Program-made: the position numbers and the translations under genes
Part shown: positions 44,576 to 54,082 of the stretch, one piece after another
How positions within the stretch are numbered: position 1 is the stretch's first letter
How the letters are laid out: each line of letters opens with the position of its first letter
IMG/VR virus record: IMGVR_UViG_3300025276_000021
Source: a virus
DNA length: 64,000 nucleotides
Strand: one strand, 5' to 3'
Notes under the pieces: model-generated
Database searches by the model: none
Seen by the model: only the letters and a program-made list of their open reading frames with translations
Told to the model about the DNA's origin: nothing

Positions 44576-45636
44576 GATATTTCCAATACTTGTGCTTCAG
44601 TCAAAAGATTTCTCATTTCAATTTTGATTCTATTTTTATCTAAATCCGTATCTACATTGTCTACATAACTATCCAACAAAGTTGTCGTATCCTCTATAGA
44701 AACACCTTCATCGCCAACTCTTTCCCCTATAAATTCTTCAAAGTTCTCTGCAATTTTAAGTTCATGGATGTTCTTACTTTGTATTCTATCACATAATCTA
44801 TCGAATGTAAAGGGGTCAGACTTATTTACCACAACTATTTTTACAAATTTTTCATCTAAGTTATCGACATTATATGACGTATAATCATGTTTGGTATCAT
44901 CGTAAACTATTTTTTCAAATAATGTGAATGGATTTCTAATAGCTTCTATTTCTCGGGTTTCAGTATCTAATACATGAAAGTGCTTAGGATCATGAGCGTC
45001 TGACCAGAAAAATTCCATTTGTGTGCCCAAATACATGATGTTTTCTTGCTGAGACTTTGTATGGTAATGTCCAGATATAACAGTCTCAAATCTTGAAAAT
45101 ATATCTTTGTCTAAACCTCCATGACTTTGAATACCTCGCATCATATCAAAACCACACAACTCTAAGTGACCACCAAGAATAGACGCCTTACAATTTTTGA
45201 TAAAATTCATGGATTCTTCATAGTTCTCGGATGTTATCCAGGGTAGTAATGCAATATCAAGACCACTATAATTCATCACTGTGGGTTTCATAATGATATG
45301 AATTTCGTTCATATAGTGACCCAATAATTCTTTTAGTGAATTTAAATCATTTGTATTTTTAAAATATGTATCGTGGTTACCTGGAATAATGTCCATAGTC
45401 ATGCCACGATCACGCATAGGATTTAGAAAACTTTTTCTATTATGCGTTAGAGATTTGAAGTTAATAAATTTCCGGTGGTCGTAATAATCGCCCAAGTGTA
45501 AGATTTGCTTGATATTTTGGGCGTCACAGTAGGGAAACATTATTTCATTGTAAAATTTAGATGCATTTTCTAAAAATATATCCGAGCTATTTCTAATACC
45601 TGTGTGGGTATCATTCAGGATTGCTATTTTTGCCAT
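44572..45636 (-). CDS. gp47: Mre11/SbcD-like nuclease
   Basis: DTH, GDYYD, GNHD, GHYH. Confidence 0.95.
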   Translation of the reverse strand: MAKIAILNDTHTGIRNSSDIFLENASKFYNEIMFPYCDAQNIKQILHLGDYYDHRKFINFKSLTHNRKSFLNPMRDRGMTMDIIPGNHDTYFKNTNDLNSLKELLGHYMNEIHIIMKPTVMNYSGLDIALLPWITSENYEESMNFIKNCKASILGGHLELCGFDMMRGIQSHGGLDKDIFSRFETVISGHYHTKSQQENIMYLGTQMEFFWSDAHDPKHFHVLDTETREIEAIRNPFTLFEKIVYDDTKHDYTSYNVDNLDEKFVKIVVVNKSDPFTFDRLCDRIQSKNIHELKIAENFEEFIGERVGDEGVSIEDTTTLLDSYVDNVDTDLDKNRIKIEMRNLLTEAQVLEIS

Positions 45637-45751
45637 TCAATCTTCTTTCAATTTCAAGTTTTTGTTCCATAATAATTTTTTGCTGAGACTCAAGTTCCTC
45701 ATACTGAATGTCTGCTTCAGATTTCTTAGGAAATTCGACTATATCACCCAT
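45611..45751 (-). CDS. 46-aa hypothetical protein (not in ORF track)
   Basis: MGDIVEFPKK...; TGATG-coupled to gp55 and fills the gap. Confidence 0.5.
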   Translation of the reverse strand: MGDIVEFPKKSEADIQYEELESQQKIIMEQKLEIERRLNGKNSNPE

Positions 45752-46347
45752 CATTCTAGAAAATCTTTTAGATCGGAGTCTACATTGACACTTCTTTTCT
45801 TACGCATTTGTTTCTCCTTCTTACCAAATTCTTTCAATTCTGTATCATATTCTTTAACTTTGTCGATACGGTCTTTCAATACGTCAATAAAGTGAGTCGC
45901 AACACTAGCTGAAGCCTCGCCTTGTTCTGTTACCAGAAAAGCTTCAATGCCGGATTGCGACAGATATTTTTCTTTTATCTCTTGCTGTTTCTTTTCTTTT
46001 GCGATACGTCGAAGAAATGCATACCAAATGATCTGTGTAAAATATGCAAATGCGTTCGGCTTACCCGTGCGTGTTACAGCATTGATATTATAATTCTCAA
46101 CAGCTTTTAAGCAATTTTCGACTGCGTCCATTACCATTTCTTCACGGTACGTATATCTAATAAAATTAGACTTGTGAGATAAATTTTCTGCAATATTAAG
46201 GAAACATCTCGCTAAGTAGTTCGGAACAATAGGTAAATCTTGTTCCGCATCTCTAGCGGAATTGACTGTTTTTACATACTCCACGATGTTTGCAGAAAAT
46301 TCTTGATTATTTACATAGTGTGCATTCTTTGTTTTTTTTCTAGTCAT
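45751..46347 (-). CDS. gp55: late-transcription sigma factor
   Basis: HYVNN, NFIRYTYREEM..DA.ENC, NAFAYFTQI...AFLRRI.KEK. Confidence 0.95.
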   Translation of the reverse strand: MTRKKTKNAHYVNNQEFSANIVEYVKTVNSARDAEQDLPIVPNYLARCFLNIAENLSHKSNFIRYTYREEMVMDAVENCLKAVENYNINAVTRTGKPNAFAYFTQIIWYAFLRRIAKEKKQQEIKEKYLSQSGIEAFLVTEQGEASASVATHFIDVLKDRIDKVKEYDTELKEFGKKEKQMRKKRSVNVDSDLKDFLE

Positions 46348-46373
46348 TTCACATTTCCTTCATAATTACTAAC

Positions 46374-46402
46374 ATTATAGCACAATTTTTCAATCTAGTC
46401 AA
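46374..46402 (-). promoter_or_regulatory. sigma70-type promoter for gp55
   Basis: TTGACT-17-TATAAT, extended TG. Confidence 0.75.
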
Positions 46403-46439
46403 GAAATAAATTTTTATTTGATATTGAGGCGATTTCGTC

Positions 46440-46467
46440 TTGACATTTATGAAAATTCTGTTATAAT
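46440..46467 (+). promoter_or_regulatory. divergent sigma70-type promoter (antisense to the uvsW unit)
   Basis: TTGACA-16-TATAAT with extended TG. Confidence 0.5.
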
Positions 46468-46477
46468 AAGACTCTTC

Positions 46478-46939
46478 TTAGTGAAGCGGGGGTATAGTGT
46501 TTCCTCTAGGGAAGTTTATTACAGTAGAATCAGAATCAGATTTCAAATCAACATGACTCATTCCTAATCTTTCCATCCAAGTAGTTGCGTCTAGTTTAAC
46601 GTCTATTTCTTCAGATTTTATATTTTCTCTGCTTTCTTTTAATATTTCTACAGCAGCATCATATTGGTTCATTAAATCTTCACTTGGAATAGTTCTTGCC
46701 ATAATATGTTGGCAATTAAGAGAAACAAGATTTAGTTGTGTATCGTCCGTGAAAGACATCCATGGTCGTAACATTCCTAGAGTTTTGTTCCCACTCAATT
46801 CTTGCTTAACAATCATAAATGCGTTTTTAACAATAACTTCAAATTCATCTTCATATTCTTCTTCAGGTAATTCAATCATATCACATAATAATTCGTCGCC
46901 GTTTGAAAGTTTAATTTGTAAAATGTTACTATTTTTCAT
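46478..46939 (-). CDS. T4-like hypothetical protein downstream of uvsW
   Basis: IKLSNGDELLC...LRPWM; synteny. Confidence 0.7.
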   Translation of the reverse strand: MKNSNILQIKLSNGDELLCDMIELPEEEYEDEFEVIVKNAFMIVKQELSGNKTLGMLRPWMSFTDDTQLNLVSLNCQHIMARTIPSEDLMNQYDAAVEILKESRENIKSEEIDVKLDATTWMERLGMSHVDLKSDSDSTVINFPRGNTIPPLH

Positions 46940-48444
46940 AACTTAATCCTATACTCTTTATAATCGAATTGCTCTTTGGTATATATCTTTAATCTTTCTT
47001 CGCCGTGGAGAAGCGCGTAGTTTTTTCTTGATTTGTGCTGTAGGTCGTCTACTAGATCGTATAGCTTACTAACTCTCCCATCATCACTTTTTCTCAAACT
47101 TCTTCCGATACTCTGTAAAACTCTAATCTGCGATTTACTAGGTGAAGCAAATACGATGTTATGTAGATTCTTTATATTTATACCAGTACTAAATGTTCCT
47201 AATGATGCTACAATTATAGAGTTCTCTTGTGTCTCAACGATTTTTCTGATTGCCTCTCTATCTGTTGCTTCTGTTTGACCTGATACATAGAATACTTTTC
47301 GATTTTCTTCCGCTTTTTCTGATATAATATCATACAACACTTTGCCATGCTTTTCGACAAATTGAAATAAAACAAGAGTATTTCCTTTAGCGTCAATAGC
47401 TAAATTTCGTATAAAATTATTTCTCGATTCGTTTAGTACGATCCAGTTTATTTCTTGTGCATAAGTTTTTCCTACATTTTCTATCTTATCTTCGTCGTTA
47501 TATTCTAGGGTTAACATAAAGATATTCAATGCAGCTAAGGTATCATCGTCTTGTAGTTTCTTTGTTGTAGTTACTTTTCTTACTTTACCGAACAAACCTT
47601 CTAACACAAGTTTGTGTGTCTGTGTACCATCTAGTGTACCTGTAGTACCGAAGCGATATGCGGTATTAACACATTTATTCATAATTGATGATAATGATTT
47701 CGATTTGAATCCGTGACACTCATCACCAAATGTTACGCCAAATTCCGCAAACCAATTAGGCTGTAGTTTGTAAATAGATTGCCATGTGCTGATAACAATA
47801 CGTTCCTCAAGATCATGCTTTGCTTTTCCGGAATAGATAACGTGCGCTTCTTTTTCTATATCAAACGAACTATCATGTGTTGAATAGTCGCCAAAATCTG
47901 CAAACATTTGCTGTACTAAAGAAGTTGTAGGAACAATAACTAAAACTTTATCTTCGTGATTTTGCATATACCAACGCATTAGTACATAGATAATTAAAGA
48001 TTTACCTGAGCCTGTTGGAGAAAGTAAAATTGATCTTTTATTTTTAATTGCTGTGCATATAGCATCGAATTGGTAGTCTCTTACTGTAATGGGATTACCA
48101 CGACTTCTTAATTTTAAAGTTTCGATAAATTGCATAATATTGTCAGGATCAACTTGATTGTACTGTTCTGGTGAACCATACTCACCGTCCTCATAATCAA
48201 GTTCATATCCGCGCTGTTTCGCAAAAGCTTTTAGTTGATGCAATAGACCAGCAGGCAATTCTTGCGTCATTCCGTTAAATATGCGAATTTTGCCATCCCA
48301 AACTTTGTTTTTATAGAGCGGCATAAATTTGTAACCATCTACAAAGAAGCTAAAGTATTCGTTTAGTTCCATAAGAATGCCGCTGTCGCAGTCAACTAGT
48401 AGCTGACTTTCGTTTTTCTTCATTACAGTAATTTTTTCAATCAT
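46936..48444 (-). CDS. uvsW: SF2 DNA helicase UvsW
   Basis: WDGKIR, SPTGSGKS, GDECH, GTTGTL, LQSIGR. Confidence 0.96.
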   Translation of the reverse strand: MIEKITVMKKNESQLLVDCDSGILMELNEYFSFFVDGYKFMPLYKNKVWDGKIRIFNGMTQELPAGLLHQLKAFAKQRGYELDYEDGEYGSPEQYNQVDPDNIMQFIETLKLRSRGNPITVRDYQFDAICTAIKNKRSILLSPTGSGKSLIIYVLMRWYMQNHEDKVLVIVPTTSLVQQMFADFGDYSTHDSSFDIEKEAHVIYSGKAKHDLEERIVISTWQSIYKLQPNWFAEFGVTFGDECHGFKSKSLSSIMNKCVNTAYRFGTTGTLDGTQTHKLVLEGLFGKVRKVTTTKKLQDDDTLAALNIFMLTLEYNDEDKIENVGKTYAQEINWIVLNESRNNFIRNLAIDAKGNTLVLFQFVEKHGKVLYDIISEKAEENRKVFYVSGQTEATDREAIRKIVETQENSIIVASLGTFSTGINIKNLHNIVFASPSKSQIRVLQSIGRSLRKSDDGRVSKLYDLVDDLQHKSRKNYALLHGEERLKIYTKEQFDYKEYRIKL

Positions 48445-48664
48445 CTAATAGTCCGTCTCTCCAACTTGATGAATTTGCGTTTTGTTCTATTTTCTTTCTC
48501 TTATCTGTCTGTGCGAGAACAGGCAGATATAATCTCAAAGCCTCTTCGATAATTTGTGTTCTAGTCCTATATCTAGTGATATAAGAGTCAACTTCTGATA
48601 AAAGTTCAACGTCGAGCCTTGCTCTAACACTGAAAGTAGGAACTTTAGGATGTTTGCTGCCCAT
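48437..48664 (-). CDS. ribbon-helix-helix (CopG-like) DNA-binding protein
   Basis: FSVRARLD.ELL.EVD...RTQIIEEALRLYL. Confidence 0.65.
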   Translation of the reverse strand: MGSKHPKVPTFSVRARLDVELLSEVDSYITRYRTRTQIIEEALRLYLPVLAQTDKRKKIEQNANSSSWRDGLLDD

Positions 48665-48666
48665 TT

Positions 48667-49113
48667 TTAGCCTCCCGCTTCAAACTGTTTCCATTTAATG
48701 ATGTTGCCGATACTTTGATGTTTCCATTTTAAATTTTCAACAATCTCCGTTAGTGTTTCAACGAAAGTTTTATAATATTCTATTTTTTCTTCACTGCGCT
48801 GAATATCCACATCTGAATCGTACCATTTGTTCATATCGCCTTTCATTACCTTAACTCCATTAAACGGATCATAATCCCAACCATGTGCCTCAATAGCGTC
48901 TTGATCCATCTTACCATTATAGTACAGCCATTTCTCTTTTAAAAGAATATTCTGTTTCATCTTAGATTTTTTGAGTTGAAGTTTATTTATAGCGAGAACC
49001 TGCAAATATTTAGAGTGCAGTTTAGCAATATCTACTGTCGCTCTAACTAAATTTGTTTCGTCTATTTGGCAGTCTTTCTGCCATTCTTCTAGCGTAGTCT
49101 CAAGTGTAAGCAA
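48667..49113 (-). CDS. uvsY: recombination mediator UvsY
   Basis: W.KDC.ID, LHSKYL, WLYYNGK, NIIKW.QF.AG; synteny. Confidence 0.92.
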   Translation of the reverse strand: MLTLETTLEEWQKDCQIDETNLVRATVDIAKLHSKYLQVLAINKLQLKKSKMKQNILLKEKWLYYNGKMDQDAIEAHGWDYDPFNGVKVMKGDMNKWYDSDVDIQRSEEKIEYYKTFVETLTEIVENLKWKHQSIGNIIKWKQFEAGG

Positions 49114-49151
49114 TTCAAGTCTCCATAATCAAATTCATAATATATATAGTG

Positions 49152-49649
49152 CTATTTTATCTCATAGTAGCCGACTCTAAACGTAACAGGAAACGTGATA
49201 ACAGGCGATGTTTCGGATGTGGCTTCTAACAAAATTGTTCCTATTGATGTAGCGACACAATCGATATATCGAATTGTTTTTACCACATTATTATGGCTAC
49301 TAGTAATCGTCACTGTAATATCCATGGCTGAACCGTTCTTAGAACTTTTTGACATAGGACTTTCGTATTTTTCTGTTACCATATTTTGAATCAGATTAAA
49401 TACTTCAATATAAGTATTTAGATTTTCATCTACTAAAATATCCATCGACAAATCTTCAAATGTGAGAGTATCGCCAGGTAAAGTTATCGTTTGTATTCTC
49501 TTAAATGGAACGGACGGGGAATTGATCGAAACTCCGGGATGAATTAATCTTTGTGCAAAAAATTCTAAGTTCCCAAATTTAGAGTGATCTATCACAACCT
49601 TAAAGTTTGTGGGTTGAAGATAGTTCATATTTTGTGTTAATGCTGACAT
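49152..49649 (-). CDS. gp3: tail tube terminator/completion protein
   Basis: NYLQPTNF, PGDTLTFEDL...LVDENL..Y; synteny; late promoter. Confidence 0.85.
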   Translation of the reverse strand: MSALTQNMNYLQPTNFKVVIDHSKFGNLEFFAQRLIHPGVSINSPSVPFKRIQTITLPGDTLTFEDLSMDILVDENLNTYIEVFNLIQNMVTEKYESPMSKSSKNGSAMDITVTITSSHNNVVKTIRYIDCVATSIGTILLEATSETSPVITFPVTFRVGYYEIK

Positions 49650-49681
49650 AAGATATATCCGATTCGATCTAATTATATCTC

Positions 49682-49689
49682 TATTTATA
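49682..49689 (-). promoter_or_regulatory. T4-type late promoter TATAAATA
   Basis: exact match upstream of gp3. Confidence 0.75.
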
Positions 49690-49701
49690 TAAAAATAAAG
49701 C

Positions 49702-49730
49702 TTGACATTACAAAGCTATTATGTTACATT
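49702..49730 (+). promoter_or_regulatory. sigma70-type promoter for the + strand islet
   Basis: TTGACA-17-TACATT, extended TG. Confidence 0.65.
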
Positions 49731-49766
49731 AGTTATAGAAACAGAATCACTTGAAAGGGTTCACAA

Positions 49767-50120
49767 ATGACTAAGTTCAACAAAAAAGACTTCACATACC
49801 ACGGTGGTTATTTGCACTACACTGGAGATTATACAGATCGTCCCGTTTGGCCTGTTGTCAGTAAAAACGGCGTAAATGTTCATCCGTCACTTGTCGGCAA
49901 AAGCAAAGACCTATTCATCGCTCGTTTCAAGCATAGTGGTCCATTCACAAAAGCAAAATTTGTAGCAGAATTGTTAAAGTCTTTTACTGTTGAAGAATAT
50001 GTTGATGCAAGAAATGAAGAAGGTTTAGATAGTTCCCCACTTCAAATTCTTCGGAATAAAAATGAAGATTGGTACTACAAAACAATCCAAAATTGGAAAA
50101 TGAAAAGAGGAGTTTTATAA
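49767..50120 (+). CDS. hypothetical early protein
   Basis: 117-aa ORF with own promoter and SD. Confidence 0.75.
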   Translation: MTKFNKKDFTYHGGYLHYTGDYTDRPVWPVVSKNGVNVHPSLVGKSKDLFIARFKHSGPFTKAKFVAELLKSFTVEEYVDARNEEGLDSSPLQILRNKNEDWYYKTIQNWKMKRGVL

Positions 50121-50329
50121 TGCAAGTCGTAACAGTTAGGTTTGTAGGATCGATGGTTCAGCCATCACACCACGATTGTGAAATTGTAGAAGGTTCTATG
50201 AGTATGCGATATGATGTGCGGGAAGATGATACTAATCCTCCAGTATGCGAAATTATCTCGCCATTCGGCAAAGATAATACATTAAAAGCGTTCTATGTGA
50301 ATGAACAATGGAATTGCATTTTAGATTAA
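50120..50329 (+). CDS. hypothetical protein
   Basis: GAGGAG SD and TAATG-coupled start at 50120. Confidence 0.65.
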   Translation: MQVVTVRFVGSMVQPSHHDCEIVEGSMSMRYDVREDDTNPPVCEIISPFGKDNTLKAFYVNEQWNCILD

Positions 50330-50402
50330 AAAAAAGACAGTGCCGAAACACTGTCTTTGAGTAGTAGTAAAGAGCGCCCTCTGTGTGGCGCTCTTTTTTT
50401 TG
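50327..50402. terminator. paired terminators between the convergent + islet and gp23
   Basis: AAAGACAGTG/CACTGTCTTT and AAAGAGCGCC/GGCGCTCTTT hairpins flanked by A and T runs. Confidence 0.8.
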
Positions 50403-50405
50403 TTC

Positions 50406-51755
50406 TTATGCACCCAGAATGTTGTCAACTCTGAAGATTCTGTAATACTGATTAGTCTTAGCGTTTGCAAGACCGTCAGAAGCTGTTGGACCAACAAAAG
50501 GATTCGAAACCATGCCGTAGCGGGTCTTAAAGCCGATTTTTGGTTGAAAGCTATCCTCAGCAACAGCGCGAACCATTGTGAGAGGTACGTATGGGCAATA
50601 GAAGATACCAGCATCGTATGCATTTGTACCTTTATAGCCACATGTGATGTAGTCAACAGTTGCATATGGATCAACATATACTTTTGTACGACCGTTAAGA
50701 ACACCAGCAAAAGTGTTTCCTGTATCATCTACGTTCAAGTTGGCAGAGATTGCTGGAGCATAGTCTAGCATTCCGGTTGCAGCCAAGCATGACGCAACGT
50801 CCGAAGAAGTGATGATAAAGTTACCACGACCGCGGCGAGTATCTTTTGCGATTGCGTTTGCTTCGCGCTCGATTTGTACCATCAGACCTTTGAACTTTTC
50901 AACACTCCAACGACCGTCTGCATCTGTTTGCAGATCAAACACACCGTTAAGAAGGGTGTTAGCTTGACTTGCGCCAGTTTTAGCTTGGCTGTTGATTGTG
51001 CGGATAACTTCACGATTGATTTCCGCGAGGATTTCAGTCGAAAGAATGTTAGCCAGTTCACTTTCAGCGTCCAGACCGTGGATAGCTTTCAAGTCTTGTG
51101 CGAGTTCAAGCGAATATTCTGCTTTCAATGCGCGTGTTTTGGCTGATACGTCTGCACGATCAATGGTGAAACCCATTTCTGCCCATGCGCTTGCGCCGGA
51201 TGTGCCCAGTCCTTCGCCTTCAACTTTAGTCATGCCGCCTGCAGGAGCTGCACTATTACGGTTATCGTCGATAGTTGAGTCTGCGTTAGCATCAGCAACA
51301 CCAGCAAGACCAGAACCATCTACAATGTTAGTTGTAGCGGAATCGCCTGAGAAGCCAGTGACGGCTTCGCTATGCAGTGCTTCATTGCCGCTAGTTGCAC
51401 CAGCGCGAGTAGTTTTGTAGGTAGATTTCATTGCAAAGATCAGTCCAGTTGGACCAGTCATTGGCTGAACACCACATACGTCATATGCCATCATGTTAGG
51501 CATAGCACGACGAACCAACGAAATCAGAACTGGGTCCCAATTTTGTACGTTACCAGTGTTGTTTGCTGGAGCTGCTTCAGTCAGTCCACCAAAACCTTGG
51601 TATTGTGTGCGCTGCTCCATGAGAGCTTTTTCTTGGTTCTCAAGAACAACAGCAGTTACCGACTTGCGGTGCTTGTCTTGAATTGCGCCAGCAGATTCTT
51701 CATTCAGAACTGGTGCCCACTTTTCAATAAGTGTATTGTAGTTAGTTGTTTGCAT
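50406..51755 (-). CDS. gp23: major capsid protein
   Basis: KWAPVL, LTEA cleavage site, VQPMTGPTGLIFAM, YCPYVPL, FKTRYG. Confidence 0.98.
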   Translation of the reverse strand: MQTTNYNTLIEKWAPVLNEESAGAIQDKHRKSVTAVVLENQEKALMEQRTQYQGFGGLTEAAPANNTGNVQNWDPVLISLVRRAMPNMMAYDVCGVQPMTGPTGLIFAMKSTYKTTRAGATSGNEALHSEAVTGFSGDSATTNIVDGSGLAGVADANADSTIDDNRNSAAPAGGMTKVEGEGLGTSGASAWAEMGFTIDRADVSAKTRALKAEYSLELAQDLKAIHGLDAESELANILSTEILAEINREVIRTINSQAKTGASQANTLLNGVFDLQTDADGRWSVEKFKGLMVQIEREANAIAKDTRRGRGNFIITSSDVASCLAATGMLDYAPAISANLNVDDTGNTFAGVLNGRTKVYVDPYATVDYITCGYKGTNAYDAGIFYCPYVPLTMVRAVAEDSFQPKIGFKTRYGMVSNPFVGPTASDGLANAKTNQYYRIFRVDNILGA

Positions 51756-51766
51756 TTTAATAACTC

Positions 51767-52867
51767 CTAGGTATTATTTTTAAGTGCGGCAACATAATGT
51801 GCCATGCTAGAGGAAACATCAACAGGCGCTTCTGTTTCTTCGCTTTCTTCAGTAATCATTGTTTCTTCAACTAGATCAGCATGTGTTTCTACATCTGATT
51901 TATTTGAAAAATATGATTCCTTGATGGTTTCGACTTTAAAGAGAAACGACTCAACGTCCTCAAATTCGATTCCTTCTGCTAGTTTTTCTAATTTGGTTGC
52001 TTGAGTATCTGCAAGATCCTTAGAAGCTTCACGAATGATCGCGAGGCGTTGTAGGTCTTTTACATGCTCATTCATTTCCATATTAGTAGCTGTTTGCTTG
52101 TTTAGGCGAGTCTCAAGTTCTTGGACTTCCTCTGCAAGCTGGTCAACTAGATCAACTTTGGATTCTGGAACTTCGATATATGACTCAGTAAACAGGTCTT
52201 TCAACTTGCTCATAAATCCTTCTGAAATTTCATTCCGAATACCAGTCTCAACAGCGAGACGGTTTTCTTCTACCCATTGTTCGACTACATAGTTAAGATA
52301 AGAATCAATTTTGTCTACCAATTCGCTTTTGGCTTCCACAATTGCTTCCGAAGTCTCGTCGGCGTATTGCTCTTCGAGGCTTTCGATTCTATTGCTAAAT
52401 GCTTCTTCCAATTCTTGAACTTTTGATTCAACCCGAAGGTTCAATGCGGCTTCAAAAATAGTGCCAGCTTTATCTTTAAAATCTTCTGATAGTGACTCAT
52501 CGCTTGAAATCAGTGCTTCGAGATCAGCTTCGGTAGTATCTTCTACCATCACTTCTTCCTCGTCACTTACTTCAATTTCTTCGCCCATCATGCTTGAATA
52601 AGCCGCCATCAACTTAACTTTGTTAAGCTCTGACATTTTTTGGCTCATTGCATTGATCATACCCGCTTTAGTTTTCGGGGGTGATGCTTTTTTTACATTG
52701 CTAGTATCACCAGCGGCTTTTGCTGGATCAGCGGGGCCTCCGGTACCAGCATCTTCAGATCCACCGGCTGGCAGCTCCATGCTGCTCTCCGATACATCTA
52801 GTTCTTCGTTAGATTCCACAATTTCCTCATCATGGACTTCAACGTATTCTTGATCTTGATCAGTCAT
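51767..52867 (-). CDS. gp22: prohead core scaffold protein
   Basis: acidic coiled coil, IFEAA, DSYLNYVVEQW; synteny. Confidence 0.92.
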   Translation of the reverse strand: MTDQDQEYVEVHDEEIVESNEELDVSESSMELPAGGSEDAGTGGPADPAKAAGDTSNVKKASPPKTKAGMINAMSQKMSELNKVKLMAAYSSMMGEEIEVSDEEEVMVEDTTEADLEALISSDESLSEDFKDKAGTIFEAALNLRVESKVQELEEAFSNRIESLEEQYADETSEAIVEAKSELVDKIDSYLNYVVEQWVEENRLAVETGIRNEISEGFMSKLKDLFTESYIEVPESKVDLVDQLAEEVQELETRLNKQTATNMEMNEHVKDLQRLAIIREASKDLADTQATKLEKLAEGIEFEDVESFLFKVETIKESYFSNKSDVETHADLVEETMITEESEETEAPVDVSSSMAHYVAALKNNT

Positions 52868-52881
52868 ACTTGACTCCTTTT

Positions 52882-53529
52882 TTATTTCAATAACGAGAGG
52901 AAATTTTCAAACCCACGAACTTGCGCTTCTTGCAATGCTCTTGATGGTGCTCTTTTTATTTCAGTCTCTATTTTTTCAATGTCTTGAGCCTCGATCAGAC
53001 CATTATTCCAAACCCACTCTACACCTTCCATAATTCCATTAACAAAAGCATTAGGTGCAGATGGATCCTGGACAATGTCGATAGTGCTAAGGACGAAATC
53101 GTCTTTAACTTCCATCACGCCGTTACGATTTTCCAGACTTCCCATACCACGAGTCGAAACACCTAGTTGAACACCGCCATCTAGCAGACCTTTAACAATC
53201 TTACCCATAGGAGTATCTAATATAAGTGCTTTACCCATCACATTATTTCCCTCAAAATTGAGATCCGTAATACGATGGGATACTTTATCCAAATTAATAG
53301 TCGGGCCTTCGGGGTGATTTAACTCACCAACAGCACGACCTTTGGAAACTTGTTCTGTAACATATTTGCCTACAGCTTTTTCCATAATCGCTTTCGGATA
53401 ATTTCTACCGTTACGATTTTTTTGGTCAGCTTGTGCAAATACACCTTCGATTTGATAAGACTTAGCTTCGCCTTTACCTTCAGTGACCAGTGATAGATCG
53501 TGGTCACAATATTCTGCGATTAGTTTCAT
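52882..53529 (-). CDS. gp21: prohead protease
   Basis: NRNGRNY, GELNHP, GVSTRGMGSL, DIVQDPSAPNAFV. Confidence 0.96.
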   Translation of the reverse strand: MKLIAEYCDHDLSLVTEGKGEAKSYQIEGVFAQADQKNRNGRNYPKAIMEKAVGKYVTEQVSKGRAVGELNHPEGPTINLDKVSHRITDLNFEGNNVMGKALILDTPMGKIVKGLLDGGVQLGVSTRGMGSLENRNGVMEVKDDFVLSTIDIVQDPSAPNAFVNGIMEGVEWVWNNGLIEAQDIEKIETEIKRAPSRALQEAQVRGFENFLSLLK

Positions 53530-53532
53530 GTC

Positions 53533-53736
53533 TTATCCTTTACCTTTAGAAAATTGTTTAATAAACTCTTTAGCCATTTTAATAGCATCTTTTTCAGAAT
53601 CGTAATCATCTAAATGTTCGCCGTCGATAGTAGCTTTAAATCGATCACCAGCTTTAGTGACAACAATCGTTTGATCTCCAACCTTAACTTTTTTCTCAGT
53701 CAACAACGATTCTTTTAGTTCATTAAAAGTTTTCAT
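53533..53736 (-). CDS. prohead core protein (gp68-like)
   Basis: MKTFNELKESLLTE leader; position before gp21. Confidence 0.6.
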   Translation of the reverse strand: MKTFNELKESLLTEKKVKVGDQTIVVTKAGDRFKATIDGEHLDDYDSEKDAIKMAKEFIKQFSKGKG

Positions 53737-53746
53737 TTGTATTCTT

Positions 53747-54028
53747 TCATTCTGCTTCGGCAGTAGCAAACATATTACTGCCGATATTAATTCTTTGCAT
53801 TTCTAATTCATCGCTAAGTTTACTACCCAATACATCTTGAAATAATGTCTCAGCCGAATTAAATTCATCGCTTGCAATTGCATCAATCATATCTTCTACA
53901 GGATTCGTAGGCTCATCGTCGTCCATCAAATCCTCGTCACTAATATCTTTCATCTCTATATCGTCTACATTAATATCGTCTACATTAATGTCAATATCAT
54001 CTACATCAATATCTAATTCATCATCCAT
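53747..54028 (-). CDS. acidic prohead core protein (gp67-like)
   Basis: highly acidic; position; late promoter upstream. Confidence 0.6.
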   Translation of the reverse strand: MDDELDIDVDDIDINVDDINVDDIEMKDISDEDLMDDDEPTNPVEDMIDAIASDEFNSAETLFQDVLGSKLSDELEMQRINIGSNMFATAEAE

Positions 54029-54054
54029 TTCAATTCTTCTCCTTGTTACACTGT

Positions 54055-54062
54055 TATTTATA
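54055..54062 (-). promoter_or_regulatory. T4-type late promoter TATAAATA
   Basis: exact match upstream of the head core genes. Confidence 0.75.
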
Positions 54063-54082
54063 CAAAGTTATTTTTTGACTTT

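Noticed and set aside
50321-52853. Several 60-140 aa alternative-frame ORFs over gp23 and gp22
   Set aside because: Codon-bias shadows of highly expressed genes.
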